A stretch of DNA of 62,899 nt, filler included, from Basidioascus undulatus (GCA_000826855.1; 8 parts of 8 records of this genome joined end to end with filler, not necessarily neighbours in it), one strand, 5' to 3'. Shown: positions 24,801 through 38,870, counted from the first letter of the whole stretch. Notes: generated by a model not told the origin, from the letters alone. Translations and numbers: made by a program.

Positions 24801-25154
24801 GAGCCGACCAGCGCGCTGTCTCAGCATGCCAAACGCGAGCTCTCGACGCCGTACGACCTCGCCGACGTCAAGCGGACGGCCTTCTCGCTCCACACGCCGC
24901 TGAGTCCCCCGGACGACGAGACGCTGCAGGGCGGCGAGGGCGCAACGTCGCGGGCGCGCGGACCGAGCAGGCAGCTCTTCGCGGCTTCGCTCTCCATCCC
25001 TTCCGCACTTGCTGGTCCGTCTGCTGCGCCGAGCCCGGAGGACCGCCCGAAAGCTCTGTTGCCGGGCACGGACGCGTCGAATGCTCGCACAGCCGCCGTC
25101 GCCGCCGCTGCTGCTACCCCCGTCGCTGTCTCTTCCTCTTCCCCATCCTCATGA
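21899..25154 (+). CDS. C2H2 zinc-finger transcription factor (two N-terminal fingers, long P/S/A-rich tail)
   Basis: Exons 21899-21962, 22086-22100, 22375-22418, 22494-22504 and 22736 onward splice to MGGDHACSLCGATFTRPQHVSRHMRSHTGERPYPCTICSESFSRSDLLARHQSKCH. All intron phases are compatible. Confidence 0.92.
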
Positions 25155-25762
25155 ACTTGGACATTCAAACATTCTCACGACTTTGACGATTCCCTCATCT
25201 TACACCTACAAACGTTCCCCCTTTTAACCTTCGCATTATACACGCTGCTCTTTTATTTCCTCTACCCGTCCCGTGGTCTCTGGAACCGCCTCTGCGCCAC
25301 CCGCATTGGTATGGTATATACGCGCCCGCATCATCCTCTTTCGTAGCACTTGTCCTTACTACTCTATCTTGGTCTATTATCTCGTACACTCCATACACGC
25401 AAAGTTTTCGTTCGCTGCTCAACGCTGTCTCTTGTTACCCCTCTTGCTCACCCCTTCATGCGATGATACCATAACTGATATAGTACCTTCGCTTGTGCTC
25501 GGTGAATGAAACTGGATATTGTTGGCTGACATCGGTCGACAGAGGGCGCAACGCTAGCGAAGGCCGCGAGCGATCTTCATCTCGGTTGCAGTGCTTGGTG
25601 GCCTTCGCCTATCCCGGGTCTCGACGCATATAAGCATTTAGGGGCTTTCATGATGATGTAGCCCAAAGCAATCGCAAAGGCGCCATCGGTTGATAACTGT
25701 GTCACAGGCTACAGACCATCGTATGCCGGTCAAGTTCCAGTCGTGAAAGCGTTCGCTCGGTA

Positions 25763-26357
25763 TCACAGGTGTTCTTCACCAATCTCCACGGCCTCAACGT
25801 CTACGCCGTCCTTGAACCACCTGTCCTGCTCAGAGATTGCAACGTCATTGCCGCTCATCTGGCGCTTGCGCATCTGCCCAGAGTCGGTGAATGTCCAATC
25901 CTCCAGGCCGTACGTCCGCCACCACTGGCCTTTGGCGTCTGCGCGTTCGTTCCACTCGTAAAAGAACTGTTGAAGAAGAAAGGTTAGACTTCGAAGTACA
26001 CAGAGGCCAAGAGAGAGCAGCCTTGTCGAGCCTCACCTGCACAGCGATCTTGTTGTCCGTGAAGGCAAACAGCTCCTTTCGAAGCCTGGAGACGAAACCG
26101 TGTCAACTACTTCTTGGCAGGCCTACGAACGCAGATCAGAAAACGTACACGTAGCGATGCTCCTTGGCCCATTTCTCCTTCAAGAACGCCTCGACCTCCT
26201 CGCGGCCCTTCATAAACCGGTCCCGGTTCCGCCAGATCGTGTCCGGCGTGTAGGCCTGCGCAACCTTTGCTGCATTCCGAGTGTTCCACAGCGCTTGAGC
26301 CGCCTTGACCTTTTCGTGCGCGGAGGATGCGGTGAAGGGTGGGCGGAGGTGTGACAT
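25763..26357 (-). CDS. DUF1348 / SnoaL-like (NTF2-fold) protein, 3 exons
   Basis: RPPFTASSAHEKVKAAQALWNTR...AYTPDTIWRNRDRF...KWAKEHRYVLRKELFAFTDNKIAVQ|FFYEW...GQWWRTYGLEDWTF...MRKRQMSGND. Confidence 0.92.
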
Positions 26358-27247
26358 CGTTGGCGGATGGGCGGAGCAGATGATGATGGCAGGAAGGAAG
26401 GAAGGAGAAGATCGGTGGATGCCGTTTCCAGGTTTAGACGTGTGCAGTACACTTCTCCGGCGGCGATTTTCAAGAGTTAATAGCCGTAAACACCGCGCAG
26501 TTTTGAAGTCCTCTAAACGTGCAGACTCTACGCTTGGCTACAAAAGGCTGCGCCTTCGAGTTATTCAGTCCATTCGGAAGCTCGCAGGGCCGTGCCACAA
26601 TCTCCACTGGAGGCCGTGACGCAATCACCTCCTCAGGCAAGTACCAGGAGCTGAAGCACCCACTCGTCAAGCTGTCGTTCCGGTTGCCGGTATTTGCGCA
26701 TTCAAAATGATTCGTCGCCTATTTCCATTCCCCAGGCTGTCTGCGAGCTTGGCCCGCACGCGGTAGGCTATCCGCCGTTTCAAGGTATGCGTCCACTGTC
26801 AGGAAGCAGTCTCGCAAAGAGGCTCTTCAGGGCTTCGGAGCCGTCTCTGGTGCGTGAAGCTCACACCTTGTGATGCTTGTTCAATGGGCCTAGCCAGTGA
26901 CAGGCTCACCCTTAAGGGAATGGGGAATGCTGTAGAAGAACATCTGATCCTGCAACTCGCTCGAGGCACTCCAAGACTGGATATTACCCTTGAGGTAGAA
27001 ACTCAGTTAGTACATTAGTAAATTTTAGTACTGTCTAAGGAACCCCAGACAAGGTAGGTTTGTCCTTCCTCGAGGACGATTGAAGTGATTCAAAGTGACT
27101 GTTACTGTACTGTGGATTCCGCGGAATGTCCGTGTGAGAGCGCGACAAGAAGGGCTCCCCAGGGGCTCGCTCGTCGCGTCCAGCCGCGTCCTGGCTCTCA
27201 CCTTCATTACCCATCGTCATCACTTCGCAACCAGAGCAACAGAGACG

Positions 27248-28980
27248 ATGGCCCAAACACAGCAACCCGTATGTGCACTCCACGCGGTGCCACACTTTTC
27301 CATCATTGAGCCCCCTTGCCCGCCGCATTCAGCCCGAGCACTTCCTGCACGCACCGTACAACATGCCGCCCACTCCGCAACTCGCAGCGGAGCAGGCGGC
27401 CGACTTGCTGCTCCGGAGCGCGCAGGCTGCGGCCATGAACCCCTTCACATGGCAGAATATCGACAAGCCTCAAGGTGAGTAGGGTCGCAACGCGAAGGAG
27501 GCGTTGGGAGATCGGGCGCAGGCGCAGCACGAGCAGCCTCACAATATGGTCGAGACGGGCTGATCCACCTGCGTAAACAGAGGGTGAAAACCACGTCATC
27601 GCACAAGTGACCCAGATCTTCCCCAACGACGGCATTCGATATCTCGAACCTGGTCAGCCGGTCACGTACTCACTCGCGAACGGAAGGGTGGGCACCTGTT
27701 GTTATGATCGCGGTGCATCGCCGGGGCACTGATGGGTGTTGGGCGCGCAGGGCGAGATTGAGATCACTGAGGATAAGGCCGGCTATATACCGGTGCGCCG
27801 TGCTACCTTGGCACGCATTCGAGGGAATGCAGCTGAACATGGCCTCGCGACGCAGGGCGTCGACCAGATCGCGTGGAGGGCGCGAAAGAGGTTCCGGCTG
27901 CCTCGTATGGGACATCCCGCCCTGATACTTATAAACTATACTAGATTAAATACGCTTGGTGCGTCCTTCAGCTTCATTACATGCCTCTCATTACACTCAC
28001 ATTCATCCCCTCAGCCATCCCCGCCGGCCTCTTGCACCTGCCCGTCCGCGGGCCTCTTCGCCCACCCACTGACCCTCCAGTCAACATCTACCAGCTCCCG
28101 AACGGGCCCCGTCTCCCCCCGCAGGTCGCCGCCGCCGCCGCCGCCCAGGCATCAGCGCAGGCGCAGCGGCCGAGCAATGCGGGCCACCCCGGCGGACTGA
28201 CGCCCCAACAGATGGCTCAAGTCCAGGCGCAGCAGCAGGCGGCAGCGATCGCGCAGCAGCAGCAGGCCGCGGCGGCGGCCCACGCCCAGGCGCAAGCTCA
28301 GGCGCAAGCTGCAGCCCAGCAGCAGGCGGCGGCGCAGGCGGCGGCGATGAGGCAGGCCCAGCCTGCTGCGGCTGCTCAGGCCGTAAGGGGCGCGCCGGTG
28401 CAGTCCGTGCAGCCAGTGAAGAAGGAGAGGAAGAAGGTGAGTCTATAGCTCCATCTGAGCAGCGGCGGACGTCCATTTACGTAGCGCGAACGGCTGCAGT
28501 CTCTTGCAGAGGCCGAGGACACGCTGGGTACGTCGGTGCTCGTTGGCAGTGTAAAAGCAATGACGCTGATACACTTCCACAGAGAACCTTGATTCCTACA
28601 CACCTCGCGACCTCGCCGTCTCTCGTTTCCGCACGAATCACAACTACCTCGCCGAGGTCTTTTCGGCATACTCCATTCGTGCGCGCATACCTTCCTCGTT
28701 CACCACGCTTCGGGTCTGACCCCCCACAACAGATCAATACGAACTTCCACCGTCGCCGTGGGCGTCCAAGGACAAGGTGGCGCTCGAGGAGCAGCTAGTG
28801 CGTCTCTTCCAAGGCCCAGCCGCGCTAAGTGCGAGTGAGCTGATACGTTGTGACCGTCTTTAGGCGAAATTGGAGAAGGAGAACGAGGAGCTGGAACGGG
28901 CGGGGCAGGAGAAGATAGCTCGTGTGAAGGGGACATTCAAAAGCTTGGCTGACGGCGGTCCGCTGCCGGTGGAGGAATAG
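27248..28980 (+). CDS. SSR4: SWI/SNF and RSC subunit Ssr4-like (DUF1750) with a polyQ/A tract, multi-exon
   Basis: AADLLLRSAQ...PFTWQNIDKPQ|EG...FPNDGIRYLEP...RARKRFRL...LILINY, a Q/A-rich linker, then RDLAVSRFRTNHNYLAEVFS and a C-terminal coiled coil ending LPVEE*. Confidence 0.72.
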
Positions 28981-30605
28981 AGCGCGGCGTCGGCGTTTCT
29001 TTCGCGGCCTTTCGAGGGACTGCGCTTGTATTATTCCTTTCTTCTTAGTGGTGCCGTTGTATTCATTATCTACTATCGTCGGCTGTGGCGCTGTGTCTGC
29101 ACCGAAAAATATGGCTCTACGGCGTTGGAGGTCGTGAGAATGTACACTCAGTCTCCAGACGTCAATGCGGAGACAATGATTACAGTATGGGGGGCAGCCT
29201 CGTCCGTTATATTTTTCTGTCACTTAGACTGAAGCTGCTGCCACCCCGACGGACTGGCTCTCAGCGGGCCAGCATAGCGAGGTCCATGTAAGTCGTAGTT
29301 GGCGACAAGAGTGAATTTGTGAACACGTTCCGCTTGAAGAACTTACCGTAGCTGTAGGGGAAAACGGGTGTTCGCCGGTCGCAGCTTTGATGGGACGACG
29401 CCTTGTGCGTACCCACGCCCACAACGCAAGTAGTTGATGCTGCGAGGGCTCTTGCTGTAACTCGTATTAAACTTTTGAGCTCATTTTAAGCTGATCGGAT
29501 AGGCAACGTGTCCTGCAACCTCGTCGCAAACTGTGATGGAGCAGCCTTCGGCTGCGCCGCCGGCACAGTGTGCCGGAGGCGTCCCAAGTCGATTCATGGT
29601 CGGACGACTACAATATTTGTAGGTACAATGGGTGTCAAATTCTTTCAATTCCCCAAAGTGCATTCGACCTGACTTCTTTGACGAGCGCCAGACGATGAGT
29701 GTTGAGAGTGGGCGGCACCGCTGCCAGTGAATTGTGAGCGTTTTAGCCGACCCATGCACACTGTTCGATGACTTGAGGCTGTTGAAATTTTGTATTCATA
29801 TCATAAAAGAACATTATTGTTGCTTCCCACCCAGAGACTCCAGGGAAGTCAAGTCGGACCTGCTTCGCAACAAATAATGTGACTGCCTCTGGCAGGAAAA
29901 TCCGAGTCGTTGAGTCGCTGCGCTGTCCCAGATCTCCGTTGGACTCTCTAAAGTTAAGCATTTGCCCGTGTAGCTTTTGGACTTGATAACCAAAGGTCAA
30001 TGATAGTGTCCATACCTGTTCCAAGCAGATAAAGTAAAGATTGGGTCCACGTGAATTTACGATCCACGGTATCATGATTCCTGTTCACACCTCTGCACGG
30101 TGCATACCTGTTGCTCCCCTGTAGCTTCCGACTGTGCCGAAATCAATTCAGTCAGACACGATTTCGCCGATTGGGCGTATACCGCGCGTCTATGGACGGT
30201 GTCGATGCCTCCGGTGCAGCATCTGGCGAGGGAAACTCCTTGTAGGCCCGCCCGCCAATTTCTCCCACACCCAGGTTCCGACCAGGGTGGCCCCTTCGCG
30301 CACAACTTTGTTCTGCACTTCCATCTTCGTTCGCTCACTTCAGAAATCACATCGCCAACAGATTTGCGTTGAATGGCATGGGCTATCGCTAGCGCCGGTC
30401 CGTGCCACAAGCGCTGTTGAGGCAACGTCCACCGTTCGGAAGTCGGACAGCTGCCCCGCTGTCCTGCTCGCTTTCTTCTCCTCACGTCCGAGCTGGACTC
30501 TGTCGTCTCCCTTCTTCGCATTTTTCTAATACTCACGACTTATACCCGGTTCGCGAGATACCCACTCACCCCATATTTTTTTCTTCGATCACAAAAGAGG
30601 ACTCG

Positions 30606-33600
30606 ATGTCACTCACGCCTCTGCTGCCATCTCCGCCTCCGCCGTACGTGGCGGAGACCGCAGCGGGCCGCACGGGAATGTCCCATAAGCCGCTGCCGTC
30701 CCACCCGCGCAACGTTCGCGAGGCCAGCTCTGGCGCAAAACAATCTATCGTGCCCGCGCACTTCGACACCAAATCACGCTTCCTCCTCGCTTCCTTTCTG
30801 GAGTCCATGGCCCGCCATCAACCGCCCGAGCTCGGCTCGCTCAGGGCGCAGACGGTCACTCCCCCGCCACACGAGAAGGTCGCGTCGTGGGCATTGCAAA
30901 TCCACGCTTTGGCGGACCCGAATCCCCCGCCGATTCAGAGAGTAACGACACCCCCGAACTTGGTTCGTACTCTCCTCCCGGTCTGTAGCCGCGCTGTGCT
31001 CACTTGCTGCAGCACGCGTTCCAGGACGCCCCGCTCCCTCCTCCGCCCAAGTCCCAGTACGAACACATACCCTCTCCCACGACCCACACGATCCGCACGA
31101 CCGCGCACCAGACATCTTCATCCGCCCGCGCAGCGCAGCTCGACAAAGAGGTGTACGGCTCTTCTGGTCGGAACCGCCCGGGCGATATCGCAGCGGGCGT
31201 CCCCAGTCCATTTTTGGGGGAGGCAGAACTTGAGCAGGACAAGGTGTGTTGCAGGGAATTGATGAGAGTGGTTAATCGGCGCTGAGTCCGTAGCATCTGT
31301 TTGACTAGACACACCCTTTACCACGGACGCCGCTCGAGGTTCGTGTTCAGCCTCCGAGCGACGAACGCTCTCAACCGGTGCGTTCTTCCCCTTGCATTCG
31401 AGTTCCCACACCGGCTGACGCTCGTCCAACGCGTCTTCGCGCGTGTAGACTGCTCGGCCAACTGGACCGCATCAAACTGCGCATTCATCACCTTCGATGC
31501 CCGTACGCCACATCGACTCGTCGCCCGAGTATCAAAAATACTGACCGTAGGCACATACGAAAGATCTCCCCCCGCCGGCCTCACGACGTACCCCTTCCTG
31601 CCTCCGATCCAACCATCTCTTCCCCTCCTACGGTCCACCCGACGCTACAGCACCCGACCGGCGCTACATTGCCCAATTCTTATAACGCTGAGAATCAACA
31701 ACCGCCCGCCTCGCGCCCGCAAGTCAACAGCACCATCGAAACCCGCATGATGTCCTCGCATCCGGTGCGTCTTACTTTGACTCTTCGCGTGCTTGACAGC
31801 GGAACTAACAGATTATTTGACCGCCCCTTTACCCATGAAGTCCGCTCCGAACGTCCAGACCGCCGCAGCGCCGGCTTCAGAGCGCACAGCCGGTCACGGT
31901 CGACGCCCGTCCCACGACACGCTACTCTCGCACCCGCACACTTTCGGTAGCCGACCGGCCCACGAGCGTAGTGAGCGATCTGTGCGTCTCGACATGTATT
32001 CCGTTCCATCGCCTTAGTATGCCTGATCTGACCGTCGTGCTTGGTCCGGTTCGCCAGCTGCCGATGTCTCCGCGCTCTGTCAAATCCGCCAAATCAACGA
32101 CGTTCACTGCTGAACGGCATCATGTCGGTGAGTGTGTGGTGGCTCTCTCATTTCCTTCGAGTACCTCTGCTAATGGAAGGGATCTGCCCTGCCGGTATCC
32201 TCCAGAGGATGACAAGGATCTGCGCGAGCTGCTCAAGGGCGCGACTGATCCGAAGCTGGACATGGCCGTTCGCAATGCCTTGAAAACGGCGGCGAAGGTG
32301 CGGATCGAGACGCTGAAGAGGGAGGACGAGGAGCGTATGGTGCGTCGTCTTCCTATGAGTGGGCGGGCCTCGGTTAGAGCGCAACGCGGGGGAATGTGGT
32401 TCTGATGACAGGCAGTTGGGCAGCGTCTTGCACGCGAGGCGCGCTCGCTCCAAAGCGTCCAGGAAGATCGAGTTCCCAAGTGGGCCATGGCGCTGCAACA
32501 CGTTCGTCTTCGATTCCCGTCTACGTTCGACGCCGCTTCCAGCTCACCAGTGAACAACATCTACAGCTCCTCGAGCTCACCCATGAGCGCTTGGATTTCC
32601 TCGACCGACAACGCCCCCCATCGGGCAGCGATATCGACCTGTACCAGTCTGACGGCGCCGTACGCTACCCTCCGATCCCCATGACCCCTACGCAAGGTCT
32701 CCCCCACTTCCCCACCGTCCCTACCACCCCACACGTGCAACGCTTCACGCCCTACGACTCGCCCACTCCGCACATCCCGCCAGCGCAGCAGCATCAACGG
32801 GAGCAGGCGTTCGAGTCCACGCCAACGGCACAGCAGTACGACCCCTCGCTGGGCGCGCGGGACTTCGCGACGCCGCGCGACCAGGGCCGGGAGATGAACA
32901 TGCCCGAGCCCCAGCACATGTCGATGGGCGGCGAGCCGATGCAGAGACAGTTCGCCTCGTGGGGTGGCGCGCCGGCGACGTGCGGGATGCCCCCCGAGAG
33001 CCCGCCGTGGGCGAGCGCGGGCCCAGGACAGTTCCACTACCAGACCCAGATCCACCAGCCGCAGCCGCAGGCGCCTGCCTTCCCCGTTCCGTCCGTCGCG
33101 CATACCCAGACGCCCGGCCTAGGATCAGGCCCGTCTTTCCCCGCACCGCCGACGCATCAACCGTACTCGGCCGCAGGATCGCCTACCCCCGGTGGCGCTC
33201 AAGCCGAATCATCGATCAACGTTCCGAGCTTCCCGCCTCCCCCTCCTCGAGACGCCGTCGGCGCCGGTGCGGGCGCGCCGCCGCCGCAACCACCGCTCTC
33301 GCCAGGCCCGTCTCAAGCACTTCCAACGACGGCTGCCCCCGTTGTGCGGTCGCCCACAGCGAGCGGGCTGCAGCCATGGGAGCGCGTGCGGGAGCGACTG
33401 GACCAGTGGGCAGCGATCTGGGAGAATAACAAGAACGATCAGGTGCAACAGGCGCTCGAGTCGACGCACCATGGGCAGCAGGTGACGCTTGTCGCGATGG
33501 ACATTGTACGTTACCACTCCGTATGCGCTGTCCCCCTCGTATTTGGCCTGAGGTTGCTGATGCTACATGACGTAAACGAGTAGTTCTGCGCTCAGGTCGG

Positions 33601-34531
33601 TTGCTATTTGCACTTCAAAAGCGAGTCGTTCGCTAACGGTGTATCAGCACTTCCCGACGAGCAGGTCTACAAGCGTTGGATCCGCACGATCATGGGGCGC
33701 TATCCGCCAGTCCACCCCGACAAGCTCTTCATCCCGCCGTCTTTCTCGGACGTGCTCAACGGCGCGGTGTTTGCCGACCCGTTTGCAGACACGGCAACCA
33801 CTTTCAGAGAGTGCGTCCCGTTTCGGCGCGCGCCCTGCGACTCGCTGTTGCAGAACCTGCGATGGGTTTCAAAGTAGGTTTCAAAGTACTAACGTTGCCC
33901 GGCCGCGTTGCTTAGATTCTGGTACGGACTTGGATTCACCGGTTCCCCGCGGCTCGTCGTGGCCCTCGCCCTGTACCGCACGGACCGGCATCACCTGCAG
34001 GTTCTCAAGTTCGACCTACAGCACGGTTAGTTGAGCGCCGACTCCGTCTTTCATGCTCTCCCGTGCTCAAACTTTCTGCCTCTCACCGTGCGTTCCACAG
34101 GCATTTTAATCCGCTACGACCCGTACGACGAGCCCGCCCTGCCCGACAAGCGCCCCATGCTCTGGTGGCCGGGCCTGCGCGCCACCTTCCCGGACGCTGG
34201 AATCCCTCCGACTGAAGCGCTGGTCGAGCACGTCGTACCTCTACGTCGTGCCAAGCCGAAGCGGCACGACAACGCGCTGGCCGCGCTGGCGGTCTGGCGG
34301 CACTTGCTGGTGGACAAGCGCGTCGACAAAGAGACAGGTAAGTCCCGGCGGCGTACGATACGCAGAGTGGAATCTGATAAGTAGCTCTCTGGGGCAGATC
34401 TGAAAGCCGTCCGGACGCTCGTGGCTGCGGAGGTGGAGGGTTTGTTGCACAAGGTTGATAGGAAACGGAGAAAGGCGGGCGGCGCGGCGCCGAGGTCTGC
34501 CCAACTACGTGAGCCGGGGGTGGAGATATGA
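30606..34531 (+). CDS. Uncharacterised multi-exon protein: P/Q-rich middle and a globular C-terminal domain (possible Ulp1-like fold)
   Basis: Coherent exon chain MSLTPLLP...; DDKDLRELLKGATDPKLDMAVRNAL; PWERVRERLDQWAAIW...MDI|FCAQ|VYKRWIR...; ending EPGVEI*. The exact 5' structure is uncertain. Confidence 0.7.
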
Positions 34532-34733
34532 GGGAGGACACGTCGGCCGTTGACGATTTCTGTATTATGGGTCTGTATGGCTGCCCGGAAGATTTGAGAT
34601 GCGGAACAGCGTTGCAAAACTGCGGGCGAGGCTGCATGCCGTATGATGCACTGCATATGAAGCAGGCGATCACTCTGATTCATGAAACGCATATAAACAA
34701 GACACAATACTCATGGGTACCATGACAGAAAGA

Positions 34734-36071
34734 CTACCTCACGGCTTCGGTAAAGGAAACGGCAGAAAGCGCTCCCGCACGAGCAACCTTGGACCTCATC
34801 TCTAGCACGCAGCTTCTCTCACATTGCGTTACAACGATATCGCGAACTGTGCATACTCTGTCTAAAGATACTACGTCGCAACTGCGCGCACCCAATCCCG
34901 TTCGAATAAAAGAGTGTAACTTCTCTGGCGAGTTCGAACGAAAGACTGAGCGCCCACCGGCAGGCGCCGTCTTGATCTGCCGGGGAAGCGTCGTCTCCTC
35001 GCCACGAGAACGGCGCATCATTCATCGTAATGTGGAGGGCAGTAAGGGTCGACGGAGAACGGGAAAAATGCTTCTCAGGTGCTCGGCAAGAGTGACTCGA
35101 AAACCAGCCGCGTACGGCACTTTGAGATGGAGACTGCGAAGCGGGGACGAGATGGTACTGAACTCTACAGCGTCCGGGTAGTCTTTGAAAAAACAAGACT
35201 TTCGAGTGAGGTACAAAGCCCCAGAATTTGCGCAACGCGCGTCGAGGGATTGTTCAAATTGAGCCCGAGTCAGGTGCTTGAGGCCATGCCCATGAGCATC
35301 GAAAAAGGGGACGAGCGCTGGATAGATGCCAGCGCGGCAGCTCCAAGTGAAGCACAGTGAATAAAAGGAAATTGCTACGGCCGAGTAAAGCAAGGAAAGA
35401 TGGAAGCGGTGCGGACGACTGGGCCGACCAATGTAGTGAGCTGAGATGCGGCATGTCGAATGCTGGCACACCGGCCACGGGTGCTGTGACAGACTCTTTC
35501 GGTCAATGTCCGCCCAATCGAAGATGACCTATATAGCGAAGCTTCCTCACCATACCGAGTGTAACGCCCCCTTCGCAGCCAGCGCTCACGTCGAGTTCCC
35601 GCAGAGTCTGGGCGCAGCTTCGAGACAGCATTGCGAGAGTATTCGGCCCGGCACCGGTTTGCGCACCAAAGGATTCGAGACGGGGAAGGAACGAAAGCAA
35701 GGCGGTAGATCAGTAAAATTGGTTCAGTTCATGAGCGAATGGTCATGGGCAATGTCGATTTTGAGATGGCGGACAGCGTCACCTTGTGACTGGCCAGCGT
35801 TGTCGAACGAAAGCAGAGCAGCCTCAAGAAATTTTAGAGAGGCGATTGACGTGAGCGTGATTGATCGATATAAAACGGTAGAGCGATTTCCTGGATGAGA
35901 AGGTATCAGGACAGCACATTTCTATCGTCAATGAACGAGAGCAAGTCCTACGTTCCAGCCACGACAAACGAGACAGCACGCCTTGATCGTGGCGCTGCCG
36001 GCCTCGATCGTCGTGAACTCGAAAATGCGTGAGAGATCGTCGATGGGAAAGTCGTTAAGGGACAGCGGCAT
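34734..36071 (-). pseudogene. Decayed F-box/LRR(RNI)-like gene
   Basis: F-box-like start MPLSLNDFPIDDLSRIFEF. LRR-like segments (LPRLESF, QTLRELDVS, MPHLSSLHW, PLRSLHL) are broken by in-frame TGAs (e.g. GGH*, TLR*) and frameshifts. Confidence 0.6.
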
Positions 36072-36672
36072 GGTGATTTATGATGTGGTGGTAGAAACAT
36101 GGGGTGAGGACGGGTGAGCAAGGGTGAGGGATGCGATTCCTTCGAAACGACGTTCTTCAGGCCAGGTCGCTATCCCCGAGTACCGCCAATGATATCAAAT
36201 TTAGCAGCCTGATTCAAAAAGGGAAACGGGCCTACGTTTGGTCTCACTTGTACTATATTGAGCAAAGACTGAAAGGGAATCGTACACCTTTGCTGGCTCC
36301 GAGACTCTGCAGCGGACGGGAGTGCACATACAGCGCACATGTAAGCTTGCGGTCCAATGTGGACATGCTTATCCTAAATTATTCCTCAAAAGGGGGCCTT
36401 GTCCTAGACTTTAACAGACCATAATCACCAGCACCGCACTGTACTCTGAATCGCCTTGTGCTTAAGAAGCCTTGCACATTTGCATGCTTACCATCCCGCA
36501 ACCACGGCAACAGTCAACGTATAGCTATCCACCAATCCCAGGAGTCGCTATGCGTGTTTAGAATCTCTGGGCTCCCACTCGGTCATGCACTTTCAAGTCT
36601 TGCCTGAAACTGGCCCTACCCCACCTCCCGGTCCCCCTTTTCCTCTCTCGCCGCCTCATCGCTCCCCTTTCC

Positions 36673-38870
36673 TTATTTCTCCGCCTTCTCCACCGAGTAC
36701 GTCGCCCCCTCATCGTCTTCCGATGAGCCGAGCTCCACATTCTCCTTTTCCTGAATCTTGCGCATCCGCTTCTCCCAGTACGCCAGGGAGGCTACGAGCG
36801 AAAGCGTAAGGATCGCTAACGCGGAGACAATCGCAGACTGCCTAATAAGCACATCAAAAGGGGTTGTAAGCATTATGGGTCTGATCGTTGGGATTGAACG
36901 GATGATGGTGGAAGGAGAGCCCAGTGGATCTGTTGGAAGTAGACAAGCGGAGCCCAGAGTTGGGTGATGTCTGATTTTATGTGAGTCAGAGCTGGAAATT
37001 CAGGTATAAAGGATACACCGACACTGCATCGTGTTCACTACAACAGCGGCAGACAATTGGTCAAAGCATGTTCAAGCGGAATATGGCGAGAACTGTGCTG
37101 CATGCACTCGCTCCGATTGCGAACGCCCGCTGCTGAGCGTCGTCTGAACAGACCTTGTTCATCCTGAGGAAGTACTTGAATCAATAACCTATATGTCGGA
37201 GTGCTACATGGCAAGTTCCGACCAAATACTTACCATGTACAGACGATTGGGTATGACGCCACAGCTGTTGAGCATTCGTGTGTCAGAAACGAAACACCAC
37301 AACCTAAGAGTCCGTCTGCTGATATGTGAGGTGGAGAACTGAGGTTGGTCAAGGCGTAAAGCCCGAATCTTTGGCTGAGCGGAACGTCCAGCGGCTGGAC
37401 GGCCAGTCCGACGCAGACTCCGAGTTGTATAAACTGCGTGGATGCAGTTCAGTCTCACGCCCTCGCCTCGCTTGCTTGAGATTAAGCCATGGTTGACTTA
37501 CGTAGCTTGCAATGGTAGTGGGCCGTCTCCTCCCACGCATGGATCCGTCTGTGAGCCACCCAAAGAAGAGACACAGGAACGCGTAGACGGCGGAGGTGAC
37601 TGTCGGGTAGTTGCTGTGAGAAAGACAGGGTTCAGAATTAGTCTCGCTTGGTTTTGATCGGCGTTGATATGAACACACTTGATTTGAGAGACAGAGTAGC
37701 CTTTGGCTTTAAGCCAGAAAGCTGCCAGGCCACATTGTCAGGAAGTGGGTTCGTGAGAGCTTTTTTGCGCCCGGGGGCAGCTCACAGGAAAGACTGTGAG
37801 GTCAAGGACGGGAAACCTGTTGCGCAAAAACATGTGCGTGAGTCACGGGAAACTATATTTCCGAAAGTCATAGAACGCAGACGCACCCTGCATGCCGTAG
37901 TATAGCATGAAAAGCTGTGGCTCCCTGTAAGAATAATTGCGACGCGAAAGTGCATAAGCATCACAACACACCGGAGTCTGTGGGAGACATCCAAACGCAT
38001 AGCTCTTTAGTCGGTCCTGAAGATGTCCTGTTCTGAAAGACCGCATACCTTCCAACCAGTCAGCCATTTGCAGAGCTTCGCGCAGCTATACGGCTGCAGG
38101 CCCTTCCGTTTCGCCGCCACAAGGCGACGCTGGGCAAGAGCGATTTCCTGGAGTTGCTGTAAATCAGAAGCCGGAATGTTTCTCGATAAGAACAGAAAGA
38201 CTGCCTCTTCCGTGAAGATGCCTGGTCTCGTGCGGTCTGGCACGCCCGGGAGGAGGAAGTAGACCGCGAGTGCTACCGGAAGGGTGATGACACTATCAAT
38301 CTAGGACGATTCCAATCAGCAAATGTCAATGTTCAGGGCCAAGGAGTAGGTTCCACTTGTGATGAACTGTCGGTAAGGCAGAGCAGCCGTCAACAAACTA
38401 TCGCGACTGCACCATGTGAGGCTCGCGAAGACTTACAAGCCAACGCCACCTAGACATCCCGTGCACACCGTTGAGGCATTGGTGAGAAGCGGTCTGCAGG
38501 TATCCTGCAGTATTGAGAATCTTTCAGTATTTCGACCTGCATAGGCTGTGTCCTGTTTCACGCACCGCTGAACATCGGCCCGAACAGCCTCCGAGAAAGC
38601 GAAGATGGCAGAGCGCTTTGCCAGCTGCAACGCACCCAAACAAGACCCTTGTTAGACCTAGATGGGGTTGTAGACGAGCCTGATTTTATACCTCGCTAGG
38701 TGTGTACCTGCGTGCGGCCGGAGAAGATAATTATCAATGTAGGCTTCGAGCACGCGACACGCTGCGCAGAAGACGTTGCCTGGACCAACAACGATACAGA
38801 TGGCGCTGTTCAAACTTCACCCAGGGGAAGTACCCCACGTGTATTGTACCGGTTGCGAAGAAAGCGGGAC
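36673..38870 (-). pseudogene. Decayed MFS transporter (anion:cation symporter, Liz1/Fen2 pantothenate-type)
   Basis: LAKRSAIFAFS.AV[frameshift]GPMFSG; YLQTASHQCLNGVHGMSRWRWL; DSVITLPVALAVYFLLPGVPDRTRPGIFTEE|EIALAQRRL; YPTVTSAV...FGWLTDG; final TM AIVSALAILTLSLVASLAYWEKR. Confidence 0.75.

Noticed and set aside
28130..28385. CAG/GCG-rich tandem repeat
   Set aside because: A coding polyQ/A tract inside the Ssr4-like gene; not a CRISPR array or satellite.
29400..30075. Lower-GC tract with broken ORFs as a mobile element
   Set aside because: No RT, integrase or transposase motifs, LTRs or TIRs were recognised.
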